Origin: Sarea resinae
Taxonomy: Eukaryota
DNA: 64,000 bases
Assembly: GCA_026026165.1 (NCBI GenBank)
Contig: JAPEUD010000022.1
Coordinates: 1 to 64,000, forward strand
Direction of reading: 5' to 3'
The notes under the pieces were generated by a model that searched no databases, had not been told where the DNA came from, and was given only the letters and a program-made list of their open reading frames with translations. Shown here piece after piece: positions 1 through 14,500 of the stretch (its first letter is position 1; every line of letters begins with the position of its first letter). Position numbers and translations under genes: made by a program.

Positions 1-227
<227 letters not shown>

Positions 228-416
228 CTCTGCCGTTAACCCTTCAATCTATCACGTGGCGGTTACGTCTTTCGTATTTTATGTAGTTGAATCATACATA
301 TACAACCTCAATCGCTTTAAAGCGAGTCGTCATACATCTACAATAGCACATACAACTGTATAGTACAAGAGCGCAGTGAAGATTACATACCAGAGTATAC
401 ATGCGCGAATGTCCGT

Positions 417-596
417 CGCCCGAATTGCACTTGTGGTAGATGCTGTCCGACAGACTGCATTGCGCTAGTGGTGGATGTACCACGCCCGAACTGCACTCGT
501 GGTATACGCCGTCGCCTGAATTGCGCTGGTGGCGGATGTCCCTCGCCCGAACTGCACTCGTGGTTGGTCTATGTCGCCGGAACTGCACTCGTGGTG
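417..596. repeat. Degenerate ~30-bp subtelomeric minisatellite
   Basis: Core CGCCCGAACTGCACTCGTGGT or variants at ~417, 484, 513, 544 and 575, plus a decayed unit at ~450. Confidence 0.85.
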
Positions 597-682
597 CCTG
601 CGGCTGCGGGTACCAGGTACGTACCGCTATTTATCAGATCCGTCGATAAGGCACCTGATCAGTGTCCCAAGTACACAGTAGT

Positions 683-1008
683 CTGAGACGTTCGACGATA
701 AATGTCGAAAACTCAAATATCGTCGGACGTCTCAGAACGACACCCAAATTTGAGACGTTCGACGATTTTCGAAGTTATCGACTTTTATCGTCGAACGTCT
801 CAGCAAGGCCACCCAAATGTGAGACGTTCAACGATTTTTGAGTTTTGTTCAATTTCCGTCGAACGTCTCTGAGGATGATTCGCTCTGGTCTGAGACGTTC
901 GACGATTTTAGAAGTAGTCGACTTTTATCGTTGAACGTCTCAGGCAACCATGAAAATTGGAGGCGTTTGACCATGTTCGAGTGTCGGAAAGTTCGTTGAA
1001 CGTCTGTG
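683..1008. repeat. Tandem array of ~5 palindromic units (~69-bp period)
   Basis: TGAGACGTTCGACGAT alternates with its reverse complement: 683-700/718-735, 751-766/787-802, 820-834/857-869, 890-906/927-943, and a degenerate pair at 960-1005. Confidence 0.92.
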
Positions 1009-1599
1009 ACTCGAACGCTCCGATCTCAAATGATTCGATCAAGCACCTCAAGAAACCGTGAATCGAATGATCAGGCTCTAGAACGCGACCGTCGGCCAGT
1101 AGTTGCTGCAGCAAAGTCTGATGTATTGATCTGGCAAGTCGGAAAACGTTGGTTGCTGGTCTGTTCTTTGAAGGCGTCTTACCGATCACTCGATGAGATG
1201 CCGACTCCCGGTGCAGAGCCGACGAGAGGCTATGCGATCATTGAAGCATCGCAGATGAGCACCGGCGTAGCGGTTTACGGTATCGATGCCGACCGCAGCG
1301 TAGGTGACAAGACGTGTGACAAGCGTTCAAACCATGGATTGGCGTGGGACGTACGAGCAGAGAGGCTCTTTCGGTGGGTCATGTCAGCATCCTGCAAAGA
1401 CGTAGAAGAGCGACCGGTAGGAACTTGGTTCCCTTACCTGCTTCATCGATCCCAAGCCAAATATGTTCCACATTGAGAGGTTGACGCCATTCGAGCGATT
1501 CGGAGCGTTGGAGGCCTATAGAGGTGGAGGAGAATGATTAGAAATGATACGGTAAAAGTCCGTGGCGGGAAAGATGTGCAAGTGCGATGTGAGCAGTGA

Positions 1600-2950
1600 A
1601 ATTGCAGCGGCCAGAACTCACTCGTCCATCCATCCACGAGAGACCATGGCGACGTCGAGAGTCGCGATAGATGACGGTCGCAGCCTTAGTATATGGATCG
1701 GATCACAGATGACATTGTAGATGCAACGCGTGCTAAGATCGTCTGAGAAAGGCAACAGAAAGTGTTCTGAAGAGATGTAAGCGGATTGCAGTGGCCACGG
1801 GTCGCAGACAATACTCACTGCTGCCTCATGGCGGAGCTGCTGCCATGGAGTCTTGCTGTGGGACGCGAAGGACTGGATAGGAACATACCACCAATCACTT
1901 AGATGGAGCTCGATTGAGGATATGGAAGAAGCGATCACAGAGTATTAGTCCCAACCCCCAGCGACGTGACTGCAGCTGGCGGAACAGCTGTCCGCTGATG
2001 ATGGACGGCTCAAAGGCAATCAGATTCAGGCTGTCGTATCGTCCTTCCGCTCGAGGAACCCTCGATCCGTCAGCGTCGTTCTGGAGCGTTGAGGTGAGCT
2101 GAACTGAAAGAGTGCACGCCACGAAGACGCAGTACGGACGCTCAGAAGGCGTTGAATTGGCGGATAGGTAGCTTGTCTTTGAAACGATAAGTCTGAAGAG
2201 ATTGTTCGTCAATGAATTGTGAAAGCGGCGTCAAGAGGACAGAGGATGCCTTACAGGAAGCCACAGCACTGCAATCACGATGCTGACTGCGATCTGTTTC
2301 TCTGGCAATGATTTCAAGTCGGTCGGAGATGAAAGGCTTCTGAAGCAAAGCGGGATCATCCTTGATCGGCGTCAGCCACCACGATCTCGAGTCACCTGGA
2401 GTAACTCACTAACCCGAGCATCGCCCCGTTGTATGAGCCACCGGCGGCTCCATCAGTCTAGCGCCACAGTCGTCTGTGTCTGGCAGCAGTGTCGGCAATG
2501 TCCCGCTCAAAGGAAGTCGAATCGAAGAGATGGGGGCGATGCAACAGCAGAGTATGCAAGAGTCCGATTCCTTTGAGAAAGCGAAGCCATTAGAATCCAT
2601 GATGTGAGCGATGAGCAAGGGACAGGAAACGTACCGTGATATCGTGGATGATCAATGACCCGCGTCAGCCAAGAACGCGTCTCGCCACGACTGAGCGTAG
2701 ATGGAACATCTGGAAGAAATCATCACGAGCGGCCATGATGACCAGTCCCAGCATCAATCCATTGTATCCATGGCGTCCAGGTCTTGGGATTGGATTGTCA
2801 TCTGGATAAGCTCTCTGTCTGGCGGTGATGGACAGAAACCCTGGTTTCTCGAGACAGTCAAGCTCGGTGGCCGGAGCAAGACGACAGCAGTGCGAGGGAT
2901 TGCGTTTGAATATGAAAGGATCAAGTGTCCTGCGTAAGACGAAGCTGTAA
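1600..2950 (-). pseudogene. Decayed protein-coding gene of unknown family with an internal repeat
   Basis: Minus strand encodes YNGLMLGLV (2740-2766) and YNGAMLGLV (2407-2433) with synonymous codon differences; GTACGT donor at 2634; many stops and frameshifts; ends approximate. Confidence 0.45.
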
Positions 2951-3914
2951 TCAGACGAGATGAGCGATGAGCGACAGATGGCCGTGATGACCTACCATGA
3001 CTTCAACCCAGCGCCGGTCCTCCGCTTCAAGCCTCGAGCGTAACAACAATCAAGCAGCCTGGATGATGTGAAGTGTATCAGCGAAGCAAATTTGCGGGAT
3101 GGAGGAGCGTACGCGGAAGTGAGGGCGGCGGGTGCAGTCAGCGATGAATGGCAGGTTTTGTCGGTCGGCGGGCTGTTGGCAGCAACTCTGGTCAGAATCG
3201 GGAGGCAATTGAGATGATACACAGAATACGCTTGGAAAGAAGTAAAGAGAGATGCCGGCAAGAGTATTGAAACGCGTTGGAGGTGCAGATGGGCGTGGAA
3301 TTGACGCTGGGCGTGCCTTCCCAAATGAGTGGCAGGTAGCAGGTGGTATCTCGCGGTGGCTACCAATCACCCACAACGTCATCACATCTCGAATCTGCGA
3401 AATTCAGCAGCATCAAGAAGCAATCGGACTTTGGCAAGTTTTTCTTCTGCCTGTACACTGTTTCTAGCTAATTTGCATTGGGAGGAATCATCAAAACGCT
3501 TTTTCTCGCTTTTCCTGATTATATTCGGAATTTCCATGGCGAAAACCCAAAACATCCAACCAACAACCAGACAACGATTGGCACAGCTCGATGAACACTT
3601 CTCGGATGGTTCTTGTTACAATTCTACATTCCGCTGAGTCTCGACATGCATAATAACGTCCAAACAGCGCCGCGAGAAACAGAAAGTGGGAATACGAGCA
3701 TAAAGATCAAAGGGTATGCATCTCGTGCCAATCTTACAACCAGACGTGCTGACCGAGTCGTCCACAGGACAACAAAGGAAGCATCGAAGAGAAATCAGAA
3801 CCATCCGAACAACTGGTAATTGAACCATCCTGAGCAAATTTCCTCAAGACGCTGACGAGTATGGTCTGTTCGGAGATACAGAGTCACAGGTCTTGGAAGA
3901 TCAACCCTCTATCA

Positions 3915-4810
3915 TGACGAGACAACATCTTCCTCGGACGAGAATATCAACGGTCACATCTGCTCTCTCTATTCTTCTCCTCCCGACCGGAGCAATATCC
4001 ACGGAACGATCAGAACGACAGACTCGTACCTCGACGCGAGTCCCCTCCGACAAGCACACCTCTCGACAACCCTTTTGTGGCCCTACCTGAAAGGCCATCA
4101 GAAGAGTGTTCAAGCTCGGTTTCCACATGAGATCAGCACAGCGATAGTTTTCTACAAGGCTGCCATTGCTAATTAGAAGAATCAGGCCTTCAATCTCATC
4201 GCAGTGCCCTATCGTCTATATGCAGCATCCACGTCGCTCAATTCGAACGAGTCCCAGCCTCTGTTACCTCCGAGCTTCGATCATGTTGCTCTCTGACATG
4301 AACGCTAGACTTGATCTGCCATCGAGGGAGACCACAACCATTTAGCCTTGAGCTGTCTCAGGCATCTGCAACGCGGTCGGCGCTACCTGGTATGTGAGCC
4401 CTCATCTCCCGGATTCAATGCTAGCTAACCGCCTTTCTCTGGCTCCGCAGACGCCGAACCTATTGCCCCGAGAGGAACACCTTCTTGCGTTCCGAGCCTA
4501 TAATTCCGCAGACATCGATATCAATCGGATCGTCATCAACGAGGACCCATGACGTGTCAACTGTTACGGCTCAGTATGGCAGTAAGCTACCGAACATTTA
4601 CGGATCTTGATGGAGAACGAACACGGAACAGCAGCGCCTGTAGGCACGGTTGCCAACGAACTGGACTTGGGGAATGTCCACGTGCCGGTCAGGGCTATTG
4701 GTGCCGGCATGGGCAAGAGATCGAAGGTGAATTCTGTTGAAGGAATACAGAACGACAGGACTAGCGATTCGTCGGCCTTGATCCGATCTTGCTTTACAGA
4801 CCTGAACTGA
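3915..4810 (+). pseudogene. Probable decayed gene, unknown family
   Basis: Intron-like GTATGT(4390)..GCTAAC..CAG(4450), followed by protein-like TPNLLPREEHLLAFRAYNSADIDINRIVINEDP interrupted by stops. Confidence 0.35.
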
Positions 4811-5159
4811 CTTCTCGTTCTTAGTTCTATGTTCGCTCATTTCCTGATCTACCCTTTACACGGGTCCGCTTTGCGGCTTGTTTCTACACGTTTGGACAGT
4901 CCCTTGAGCCGGCAGGTCTCGCCGATGCGTGGTTCCCAGACGACTACAATCAAGCTAACGCCAGCCAAGCTCGAATTTGATGCAATAAGATCTTTTTCTC
5001 TGGGTTGACTATCAAGGGGGCTCTTTGCTACTCAACTGGAATGTTTCCTAATGCTATTGCTCCGGATCAAGGTCGTAGAAAGCTTGATCACAGCCTAGAT
5101 CGCAGAGTAATGAAAAGGAAGGCTTTGATCAGCTCTTACAGCTGCAGATTGAAAATAGA

Positions 5160-6000
5160 TAACGCGCTTTCATGTATTTGATTTCAATCGAACCGTTAGA
5201 ATCTCATTGCACATGTCTGAAAAAGGTCCGCTTAAAGCTTTTCCCCTATTTTGCTAAATTATCTTTAAAATATACTTTGGGTCTAGAATCTTAAATTTCT
5301 CTAACAAAAACGATGCAGATTAATTTAGGATTTGCCTTGAAATATTAGAGACATAATGTTATATTTACAAGGTTCAAATTAAGATCAGGAAGCTACTCTA
5401 CACGCACTTACTAGAAGAAAATCAAGGTTCCTAATATTTGAAAATAGTGATTATTAAGAGGAACAAAGATAATCAAGTTAAAAATGTACTAGAGAGGTAA
5501 TAACAAACTAAATGTATCGTCTAAACTCAATAATCTATCTATAGACATAACTAGCCTACTAGAATATTCGAATAATTATTAATTAAAAAGGACCTATAGT
5601 ATAGTATAAGGTCTAGTAAATAGGCAAACCTGTTTCTACATGCGCTAAGAAGAATACTATAACCCGGCTCGTCTAGGCTATGCCAATTTGCCTACTATAC
5701 AGCAGCGGACCTCATGTATATAAAGTAATAAAAGCATATTTTATCAAGCAAGTTAAGCATAGTTATATACTTTAATATTATAGAAGCTCTATAAGGTCCT
5801 ACTATATTCTACTAAGCTGTACTAGTTTCTATAGGTGTATAGAAGCTTCTAGAGATATCTCGAGTTCTGTATTAGTCTGTAACAGTCGAGATATTTTACG
5901 GTGACGAGAATTAGAGTTATATTTCAATATCCACGGATAACAATCGAGGTCTGATTCTGGGATAAGAAATATAACATAAGTTAATACAACGTGGTCTAAT
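5160..6000. mobile_element. AT-rich, RIP-like mutated repeat relic (copy 1)
   Basis: Abrupt AT and TpA enrichment, no ORFs; homologous in inverted orientation to 29.1-29.8 kb; family not identified. Confidence 0.7.
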
Positions 6001-6859
6001 CTGTAGATATTTGGCCGCAGTCAATCAATTGACAATGGAAAAAGCAAAAGCGCAATCCATCTACAGTCGGCGGATGCTATCCAGATGCAAGATTCTGATC
6101 GTGCGTCAGTCATCCCGTAACACCGTTCCCCCTCGTTGACGTGTCGTTCGGCAGGCTCACTTGATTCTACTGAGCGTTTTCCGGAAAAGCCATATCATAC
6201 GGATGGGTCAATCACAAGAAGCCTTGGTTTACTTGATGTTGCGCTTTGGAAGCTTGCATAGTGACGTAGGCAGCAGAAGGGCAGCGGGAACGACAGATTT
6301 GCAGGCTTATAACCTGTGGCAGTACGCTCGGGCAATCGAGAAGGTGTTTTCTACTCCTAACTTACCGCTCAATTAATTACACACGCGGGAGGCCCGGATT
6401 ATATGGTGGGAGAGCTTCGGAGAGTACGACGGAAGGGTCGGTCATACTCGATGTCTCCGTCAATCATAGTACTAGGCTCCTAAGAGAATCGTTAGAATGT
6501 AGCCAAACAAAGACAATGGATCAAGACGGGTACTGAGGGTGACTTAAGTCTTCTCCTAAGGCGTTCCAGCTTTTGAACCGGTCGTCAAAACGTGTGGCCG
6601 AGAAGGGCTGTTGTTGTCTTCGCAGTTGTACTTCGGATTGTGCATTCAGCGCCGATTCAGCATCTATCTGAAAGGGAAGGAATCCGTCAGTACCGCAGAG
6701 GGCAGGCTGTCTGGGGACCCACCCATCAAATTAGTCACTTCGCCATGTCTAGCGTCCTGGCCGCCGGTATTGCTTAGAGCCCGTCCTATGTGATCTTTAG
6801 CGGATGATTCTTCTTCTAACATCTTACACGGAAGGTTGATGTGAATTGATGTTAGATAA

Positions 6860-9800
6860 CCTTATGGGGTTGGACGCAGACCATGTGATGCGGTCAGCGC
6901 TGTCGAAGTCATCGTCCAAGTAAAGGGCCTAGAATGAGACTTAGAGAGGGCTTGGTCACCGGGATTCTTATACCAGGTGCAATGAGGGTTTCGCAGCTTT
7001 ATAGGCAGGCAAGAGCGCGCGATAAAGAGACGGCGAGTCAGCCGTAACTGGGCAGAGGCGACGAGCACTTGGCCGCAGTCGGGCGATGGAAACGTTAGGA
7101 CGTCGGATCTGTGTGTCGAGAGCTTCAGCCCGGAGATGCGGGATTGCACGTGGAGGAGCGACTTACTACAGAGACGCCGATGAGGCTTCAACGTAGCAAT
7201 GTTGAGCTGCTGCAAAGGCTACGCAGGTCAATAAAACAGGCTGAGTTGAAGGAAGAACTCTGGAAAGCGAGCCGGGTAAGACGACATGTCGGCAGTGAGC
7301 TGTCCAAAGGTCTAGAATGTCGATGGGTAGTAGGTGGTAGAAGCATGGCGGCAGAACAAGTATCAGTATAGCCATCCTCTCAAGAGATCTACTTACTAGC
7401 TGTCAAACCTGACCGTGCTTCGTTCGACTCAGGTGGCGTAGATAGAGATCTAGGCATGGGAGAATGCGAGTATGATTGAAAACTTCGAGGCAGGCTTGAA
7501 GGTGCGATTACCGAAATTGTTTCATCGGCTGTGAGTGAGGCATAAGAAATGCGGCACGCTATCAGTGATACTGTTCGCATCATCACGGTTGAGAGACGTG
7601 GATTTTGATGGGTTTATGATCCTTTCAGCAAACAGGAAGCTGATACGATGAAAGGTAAGGCGCCTTACTTGGATCATCATGGGGATCTGAATCTGATTCG
7701 GAAGATGGCAGCTCGACAGACTCAGCAAAGTGAGGGTCCGCTGCGAAGCCGCTTATGATCCGGCATAACGATATCGTCCGCAGTGTATGAGAGTAATACT
7801 GTCAGAATTGAAATCGGGATGCGGAGGAGCATCTCACCCTGACAGAAGTTGGATCCCATCCGGTGTATTCAAAGGCTGTCGTAGTGTCAAACAAAAATTG
7901 TTTATGATCGAGGCGGGACGACGTGGAGATATGGGAGACCTGTGGGATATTGAGCAGGCTGATCTTCAAAATCTAGGGCGAAAGGTCCTAAGCTTGGCAA
8001 GATCGTCAGTACCACTACGTAGCATTGCAAGGCGGCGAGGATTTCTTATGAATGGAAAGTTGGCGAGGCTATGGACGTTCCTCCACATGTGAGAAGATTA
8101 GATCGATGACATTCCTCCGCTCTTTAACCGTCAGTTCCTTGATATCGCTCTTGATCTAGGCCAGGAATCGACACCGTTGTAACGAGACTGCAGGGTCTGA
8201 AGAAAGCCGCAGCTGCAATATGGCATCGCGTTTCAAATCCACTTCTCGACACCCCGGAAGCTTTGCCGTTGTAGAGATTGATGAATTCGACCGGATCGTA
8301 CAGAGGACTGGAGTAGGACCGGCGAGGGAACCGCAAGGAGGGTACGGCCCTGGCAATGCTCACAACTATAATACTAGGATTGTATAAGCGGCCACGGGCG
8401 GCAAAAGCTCGAGAACATTGAGCGTAGCTGCTGGAGCAAGCTTTGAGGATAGTAATGCTGATGCAACAGTCAGTCTTTGTGGATCGCAAGCGATGGAGTA
8501 AATTATTTCGTACCTGGTGCCCGCAATAATTGTCCTGTTCCATCTTTCTTCGTACTGTTGCCGGTCGCGATTCTTCAATAGCACGGTCTGTAGCAGTAGA
8601 GATCTGGAGGTGGAGGGAGCAGCAGTCAATAAAAGCTAGAGGTGAAAGGGCTAACTCAGACCAAGTCATTCGTTCTCCCCATGGAGCTTGTGGAAGCATA
8701 GATTGCCACGTGCCTGCCATTAGCCTGGTCATTGCAGTAAAACATAGTCAAAGTTGGATGCATGCCTAGTATGGCAGCGGTATTCGAATAATGGGGATGC
8801 GGGTGCGTGGAGTATCCAGACATTCGGAATCAGCCTGGAGCATTTGCAGGAGCTGAGGAGATACCATCATTCCCAATCCTCTGTCCCTGGAGCCGTTGGC
8901 TGCTCTCGAACGAGAAATTGAATCTGCTCAGAGAGTTGCAGTGCGGCCTAGCGGAGCCGTCGATGGTAAGGCGAGTGAAGCCGGTGAAAGGTCTAGAGCG
9001 TCAGAGGCTATACAGGATTGATGATGTGGAATGGCAAACTCACATCAGGATCGAAGGCAACAGATATCTCCTCCAGCAAGATGCCTGCACACCGTCAGTG
9101 ACATTTTCGGTCTGGCGATTGAAGCAAATGCGACAAAGACGCCGATGTGGCTCTCGATTTGATTGACTACTGATGTGGCGCAGTGCCTCTTGGAAACAAA
9201 GCTGGACGGGAGGCGTGCTGAAGCCGTTGGATTGAATTCAGTAGCAAAGCAATCGATTGGCTCAGGAAGTGCCAACCGGAAGAGGTACTCAGCGATCTGC
9301 ATTCAAATTGAGTAGCATAACTTACCATTGGAAATGATGTCTGGCCTCGGAAGTTTGATTGACTGTCGAGGCCAAAGATGTTGCAGGTTGAGTGTTGCGA
9401 GGCCGAAAGGCTCTCGGATGATGAGGTCAATGAGAAGAAGACGATTGAGCCATGAGGAAGTGGGTGAGAACCAAGGTAAGATATGGTCGAACAGCCCACC
9501 ACGCATGGGCATCACGTTATGCAGTTCCTGCATTGCTTCCCTTAAAGGCAGCAACGCCGGAGACGGTATCGAATAGAGTATAGTTGGTAAAACTTCGTTC
9601 CAAGCTGTCCACTCGGCCATGATTTTTATGCTCATAGACGCTCAAAGGCTCTTGCCAATGGTCCGGCACTTTGACTAGGAGCTGGGCGTTTCGGTAGTGC
9701 TCTACCCATCACTTGCATTGATCAAGATGGCGGCCGGAGGAAAGGACAGGCGACGAAGAAATTGGGGCCCGGATCGAATTCAAAACACACGTGGATGACA

Positions 9801-11500
9801 GGTTGGATGAGAAGGCCTTGAAACGGGCAAGAGGGAAAGTGCCGCGAAAATTGAGCGAAATGGAATACGAGCGACGCACTCGGAAAACTGGCATGAGGGC
9901 TTAAGCTTCGGGTTACCGTGGTGGCCTAAGAAAACCACTTTGGGCACGTTAGCGTTTAGGGATTGAATTAGCATCGTTACGTCGAGGTGCGAGTCGCCCA
10001 GCGTCGATGGCCTAAGATGGCGAGCGAGGCTGAAACCCTCGGTCCGCGAACCGTGCCCTGATACAGGCGTAGAGGCTCGCGCTGCCTAATGGTATTGAAT
10101 TCGTGGACGAATTTGCATATGGACGCTACTCATTTCCCGGACTCACGACGATGCCGTTTCATCAAAAGGAAACGGAAGTTGGCAGAATAAGCGTTCTACG
10201 ATGCGAGGACTTGAGTCAACCGACATGAACGTGCGCTGCAGGGGGTTGTGGCCAAAGAAATGAGGATGTCATGACGGCGTGTGATTGTGAAGAGCTCCAG
10301 ACACGTCGAGTCCGAGAGACATACCTATCTCTTGTCCGGTCGATGGGAGTAGAGGGATAAGAGGTTCGAGCCGGACAACGTGGAAAGACAAATTTTAGAA
10401 GAGACTGACGAATTGAGGGCGGATTTGCGTAACCCACAAAGTAGATCAGCTCCCGGTGTTCGCTGCTCGCAGATAACTTTCGAAAAGGTAAGCCAGCTCG
10501 TTGTAGACCGCAGTGCAAAGCGACTTGAGGCTGGAGTTGCGAGGATTTACGAAGAATCAAACGGGTAAGCGCGAGTCTTCAGCTGGGTGAGGAACAACAA
10601 TCACCACTTGCATAATGCAGTCTGCGAGAACGGCGAGAGGTGATGCCATGAATAGGTCCGTGTCGCTCTTCGACCCACCGGCTCGATTCTCCTGGTAGAT
10701 TTTTCAATGCCTGAGGTGGGCAGCGGGCTTTGTGCGTTTGGAGCAGTGGCTTGCAGCCCTCGAATTGCCGGGACCGAGAGTAATGTTACATCACCAGAGT
10801 TCGAAAGATGCAGAGTCGAGTATTTCCGATAGATGTATGACAAGAGCCTGTGCCATGCAGCATTGGCTATGAGAATGGAGATCCTTTGCAACCATAGCAT
10901 CAATCTAAGAATCACCAAACCCGAGGACCTAGACCCACACGGGATTATCAATACGAGCGGCGACAGTCGCTTTTCTGAATATGCTCGTCCCACAAGCCTC
11001 ATGCAGATAATACCAGATGACCGAGAACTTCGTAATCATGGACGGGCGACGAGCTTGCGGAGATGGGTTATATGTGGACAAGCAAGATGAGGTCTGAACA
11101 GTTGAAGGCAGGCTAATGCTTGCGAGGTTGATACTTGCCGTGGACCGGGCCTTATCTAGCTCGAGGCTTGGAAGTTGCGGTGCATATTTGATTGTGGGTA
11201 TTGCCAGACGAATGGCTTGCACCGAAGCACGGAAGCAGTAGCGGTAAAAATCGAGGCTAAGCAAACCCAATTCTCCATCGCTCCTGATTGCAATTGGCAA
11301 GACCGACAAACGCAAGGTATCTATAAAGTCAAACCTTTGCAGGACAGGCGGAAAGAAGGACGGCGGGGCTGGGTGTAGAAGACATGTCTTGTTTGCAGCT
11401 GTCTTTGCCAAGGCTCTTTGGTCGTCTGCGGCAGTGATCGTTGGCAAACGTGCCCTCATGATGGTATAGTAGCGGCGATGATGACTTGGCATGTAGCATT
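6860..11500 (-). pseudogene. One or more heavily decayed minus-strand genes
   Basis: Patches of protein-like translation (e.g. MAEWTAWNEVLPTILYSIP, FFVNPRNSSLKSLCTAVYNELAYLFESYLR, LYDPVEFINLYNGK) broken by stops and frameshifts; no family recognised. Confidence 0.3.
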
Positions 11501-14500
11501 GCGTCCGGCAAAAGCTATGGGGAACGTTGTGGTATGATTAGTAGCTGCAAGAAATTGAGAAGGGCTAGGTACGCAACTTGGAGGGGGGAGATCTAACTTC
11601 CTGACCGTATCCTCAAAGCCGTTCCGTTTGCATTGTGCGATAAATATGGTGTCATGCAATGCCTTGGAATGTCAGCATCATCCGTGGTCGATGAATAGTA
11701 GAGGATTTAAGAAGACAAATTAGAGAAACGGTTACCGTCTCTGAAAGAAATGTTACCGTAGCCGGCATCGACAGAGTTGTGATGCGGCATGGGGCAATTG
11801 GTTTGATGTAGTGAGAGACACGGCAAACCCACCGTCGTTCCCTCCATCAAGAATAAGAACCCTCATCGGCGGCAATCTCATTGTGATCGGAACCCAGAGG
11901 ATAGAGTGGGTTATGTTGGATGAGTGGATTTGACCCCGTTGAAGCAGGACCTATTGAAGCGACGAACCGTTAGCCATTGCGTGATAACATGCTCGAGCAA
12001 ATGCAGGTCACTCATAGTTTCTGAGATCTCCATGACTCAGCCCCACTCAGAGTTGGGGTTGTGAAAGGCGCGGCAACACTGAAAGCAGTAGCAAGTACCC
12101 GGTATACCACAGCAAGCCCACGGTAGCTGGAGAGGCCAAATCTTTGCCTGGTGGTATTCATTGCGGTCGTTTGTCTGTTGGCGATACAGCTAAGCAAAGT
12201 AGTGGGCTGCCAGTTGTTTACTAAAGTATGAATGAGACTCACGGATGCATGGCCAATTTTCATCGAGGGTCTGCAGGAAGAAACGTCGAAGCGACTTCAA
12301 GAATTCATTCGTGGCCCTGTCCAAAAGTGACGACCAGATCCGTAAAGTCCAGGCTCCGATGGGTGAGTAATTCATGATACCCCTCTGCAGTATCTCATAC
12401 AAATAATGGAATAATTGCGGAATATGTATCGACAGAGCCAGAGGACCAGCAGATTTGTGTCCAATGCCGTTTGTGTCTTCGTGGTGTCTAAGAGGCGGAC
12501 GATCCGTGTCGAGAGGCAATGTTGAAGAATGACGGAGATCTATTCGAGTGTCAGGCCAGTGATTCCAACGCGGATGCAATGGCAGATACTTCTCAAGGCC
12601 CCGGAAATAACTGATGAAATTGGTGGATTGGAAGATGGGCGTACAGATTGGCACAGTCGAGGATTTGGATACAATGGACCCTCTGCTCCTACCGACGATC
12701 GGTGCCTGCGTTGCGCGAGTTCAAGCAGATGAAGAGCCATAAAGCAATCCTAGTGAAGTCATCCCGTCTTTCCTTCACTTTTGAAGGAAGACTCGGTGCT
12801 CTTGCTGCTGCCTGGCGGTTGCAATGGCTTGTTGCTGTGACGTCACGATGCACGCAGATATATGAGCTGAGGATTAAGGTATCTGGCCGACGGTACCTGA
12901 CTTGGACGCATACTGGTGGTTTCCCTAACCAGATCGCGTTATTAAATATCCTACCATATTGTCAAACCAGCTCAGCAGGTCCGATCCCTCGCTAGAATTC
13001 CAGCAGCGGCGGCGCGACTGAACTCTCTTTGCATGCTCCGTGATCACCCTAGGCACCCAGGTCAGTTTTAATTTCAGTGTCACGTACAGATCACTGATCA
13101 CAAGAAGGTCCAAATGGAAAATCGAATCGTACATCTCCTCAGCGGTCGGATTAGAGCGAATATATGGCGAGGATGCTCTCTACTTTGAACGCCCAGGCAT
13201 ATTGTCGCCCCTCGGTATTGTGGTGGAAGACAACAGTCCAATGGCCGAGAATGTCGTCACAAATGCGCCCGGAATGCCACTCCCTCGAAAGCACCTGTTG
13301 GTTGGTTGTCGGCCACTACTTTCCACGCCCTTTGCATTGAGGGGCGACAAATGAATACTGTTCTCGGTCCCAGAAGGTGCTTGTCTTGAAAGCTACAAAG
13401 ACCGCAAGGTTTCATCTCTGGCTGGAGCTTCCACTGTCCACGTCGATGCCGGAAAGAGGGCTGGCAAGGACCTCGAGTACTTATAGATTGCTGACCCATG
13501 TCATCTGTAGGTTGACAAGCCGCTCGTGCTTTCACGCACTGGTCGCGGCCGCCGCCAGTACGCCAGAGTCAACTACCTCCGCAAACTCTTCTGTTTCAGT
13601 AGGCCAACGAAACCGAAAGCCGCCGATGTGCTTACTATGCAGGTATCCTTGGACGAAACTGTAAGTCCGGTCTTCGTCTGATCCCAACTGCTTATCTCAC
13701 TGACCGAATGCCCGTTATAAAGCCTGAGCCATATTCGTACCTCACATAATGCGCCACTGGGAACTGAGCCTCGTCACAATATGCAATAGGTGCGTACTCT
13801 TTGACGCAATAAGCTGGTATTACCTCTGTCGGCGTAGATTCACGGCGAGATAACAGGACAAAGTTCGTCATTGCGCCCCTTCGAACTTCACTACCACCCG
13901 AGCCATCTATGGACGGCGCGGAAGAGTCTATTGATGGGTCAGGACGAAAGCTTGTGGCCGACGAAACGGCGGAAGGTGTGATCAATCTGTGCTTGTCATG
14001 TTGCCGGCTTCCTCTACATTGTTTGCGTCTCACATCTGTTTTCCTTCGAGACTACGCACGTCTAGTCCGGCCTCGCCTTGACTTTCCCTTCCGAGGCCCT
14101 GCGCACCTGCTGACTTGCTCATTCAATATGATGCTGCCACTTCGGCCGGACTCTATCGAAATTTCGGTTGCTGTGGACCCTGTCAAAGTTTCCTGGTCAC
14201 CACGGGCCATCTTGGCAAGGGCACCGCATACTGTAGGAACCGTCGAGTGAAACCGGTCGTTGATTCTTGCTCTGCCCGGACAGCTGTCGGTCGGCTCCAC
14301 GGACAATGTACGCCGAGCAAACATCCTGCTACTTCATTGTCTACCGCCCGGACTCTTCAACCCGTCGGACCCTGTGGAAAGTCAGCTCCTCCCTCTACCG
14401 CGGCATCAGCATGGTGACTTCCTATTAACATCGGAGTCTCTGCTACAATATCCTCGTAACGACATCTCAAAGACAAATAAATTCGGGAAACGATGGTCGG

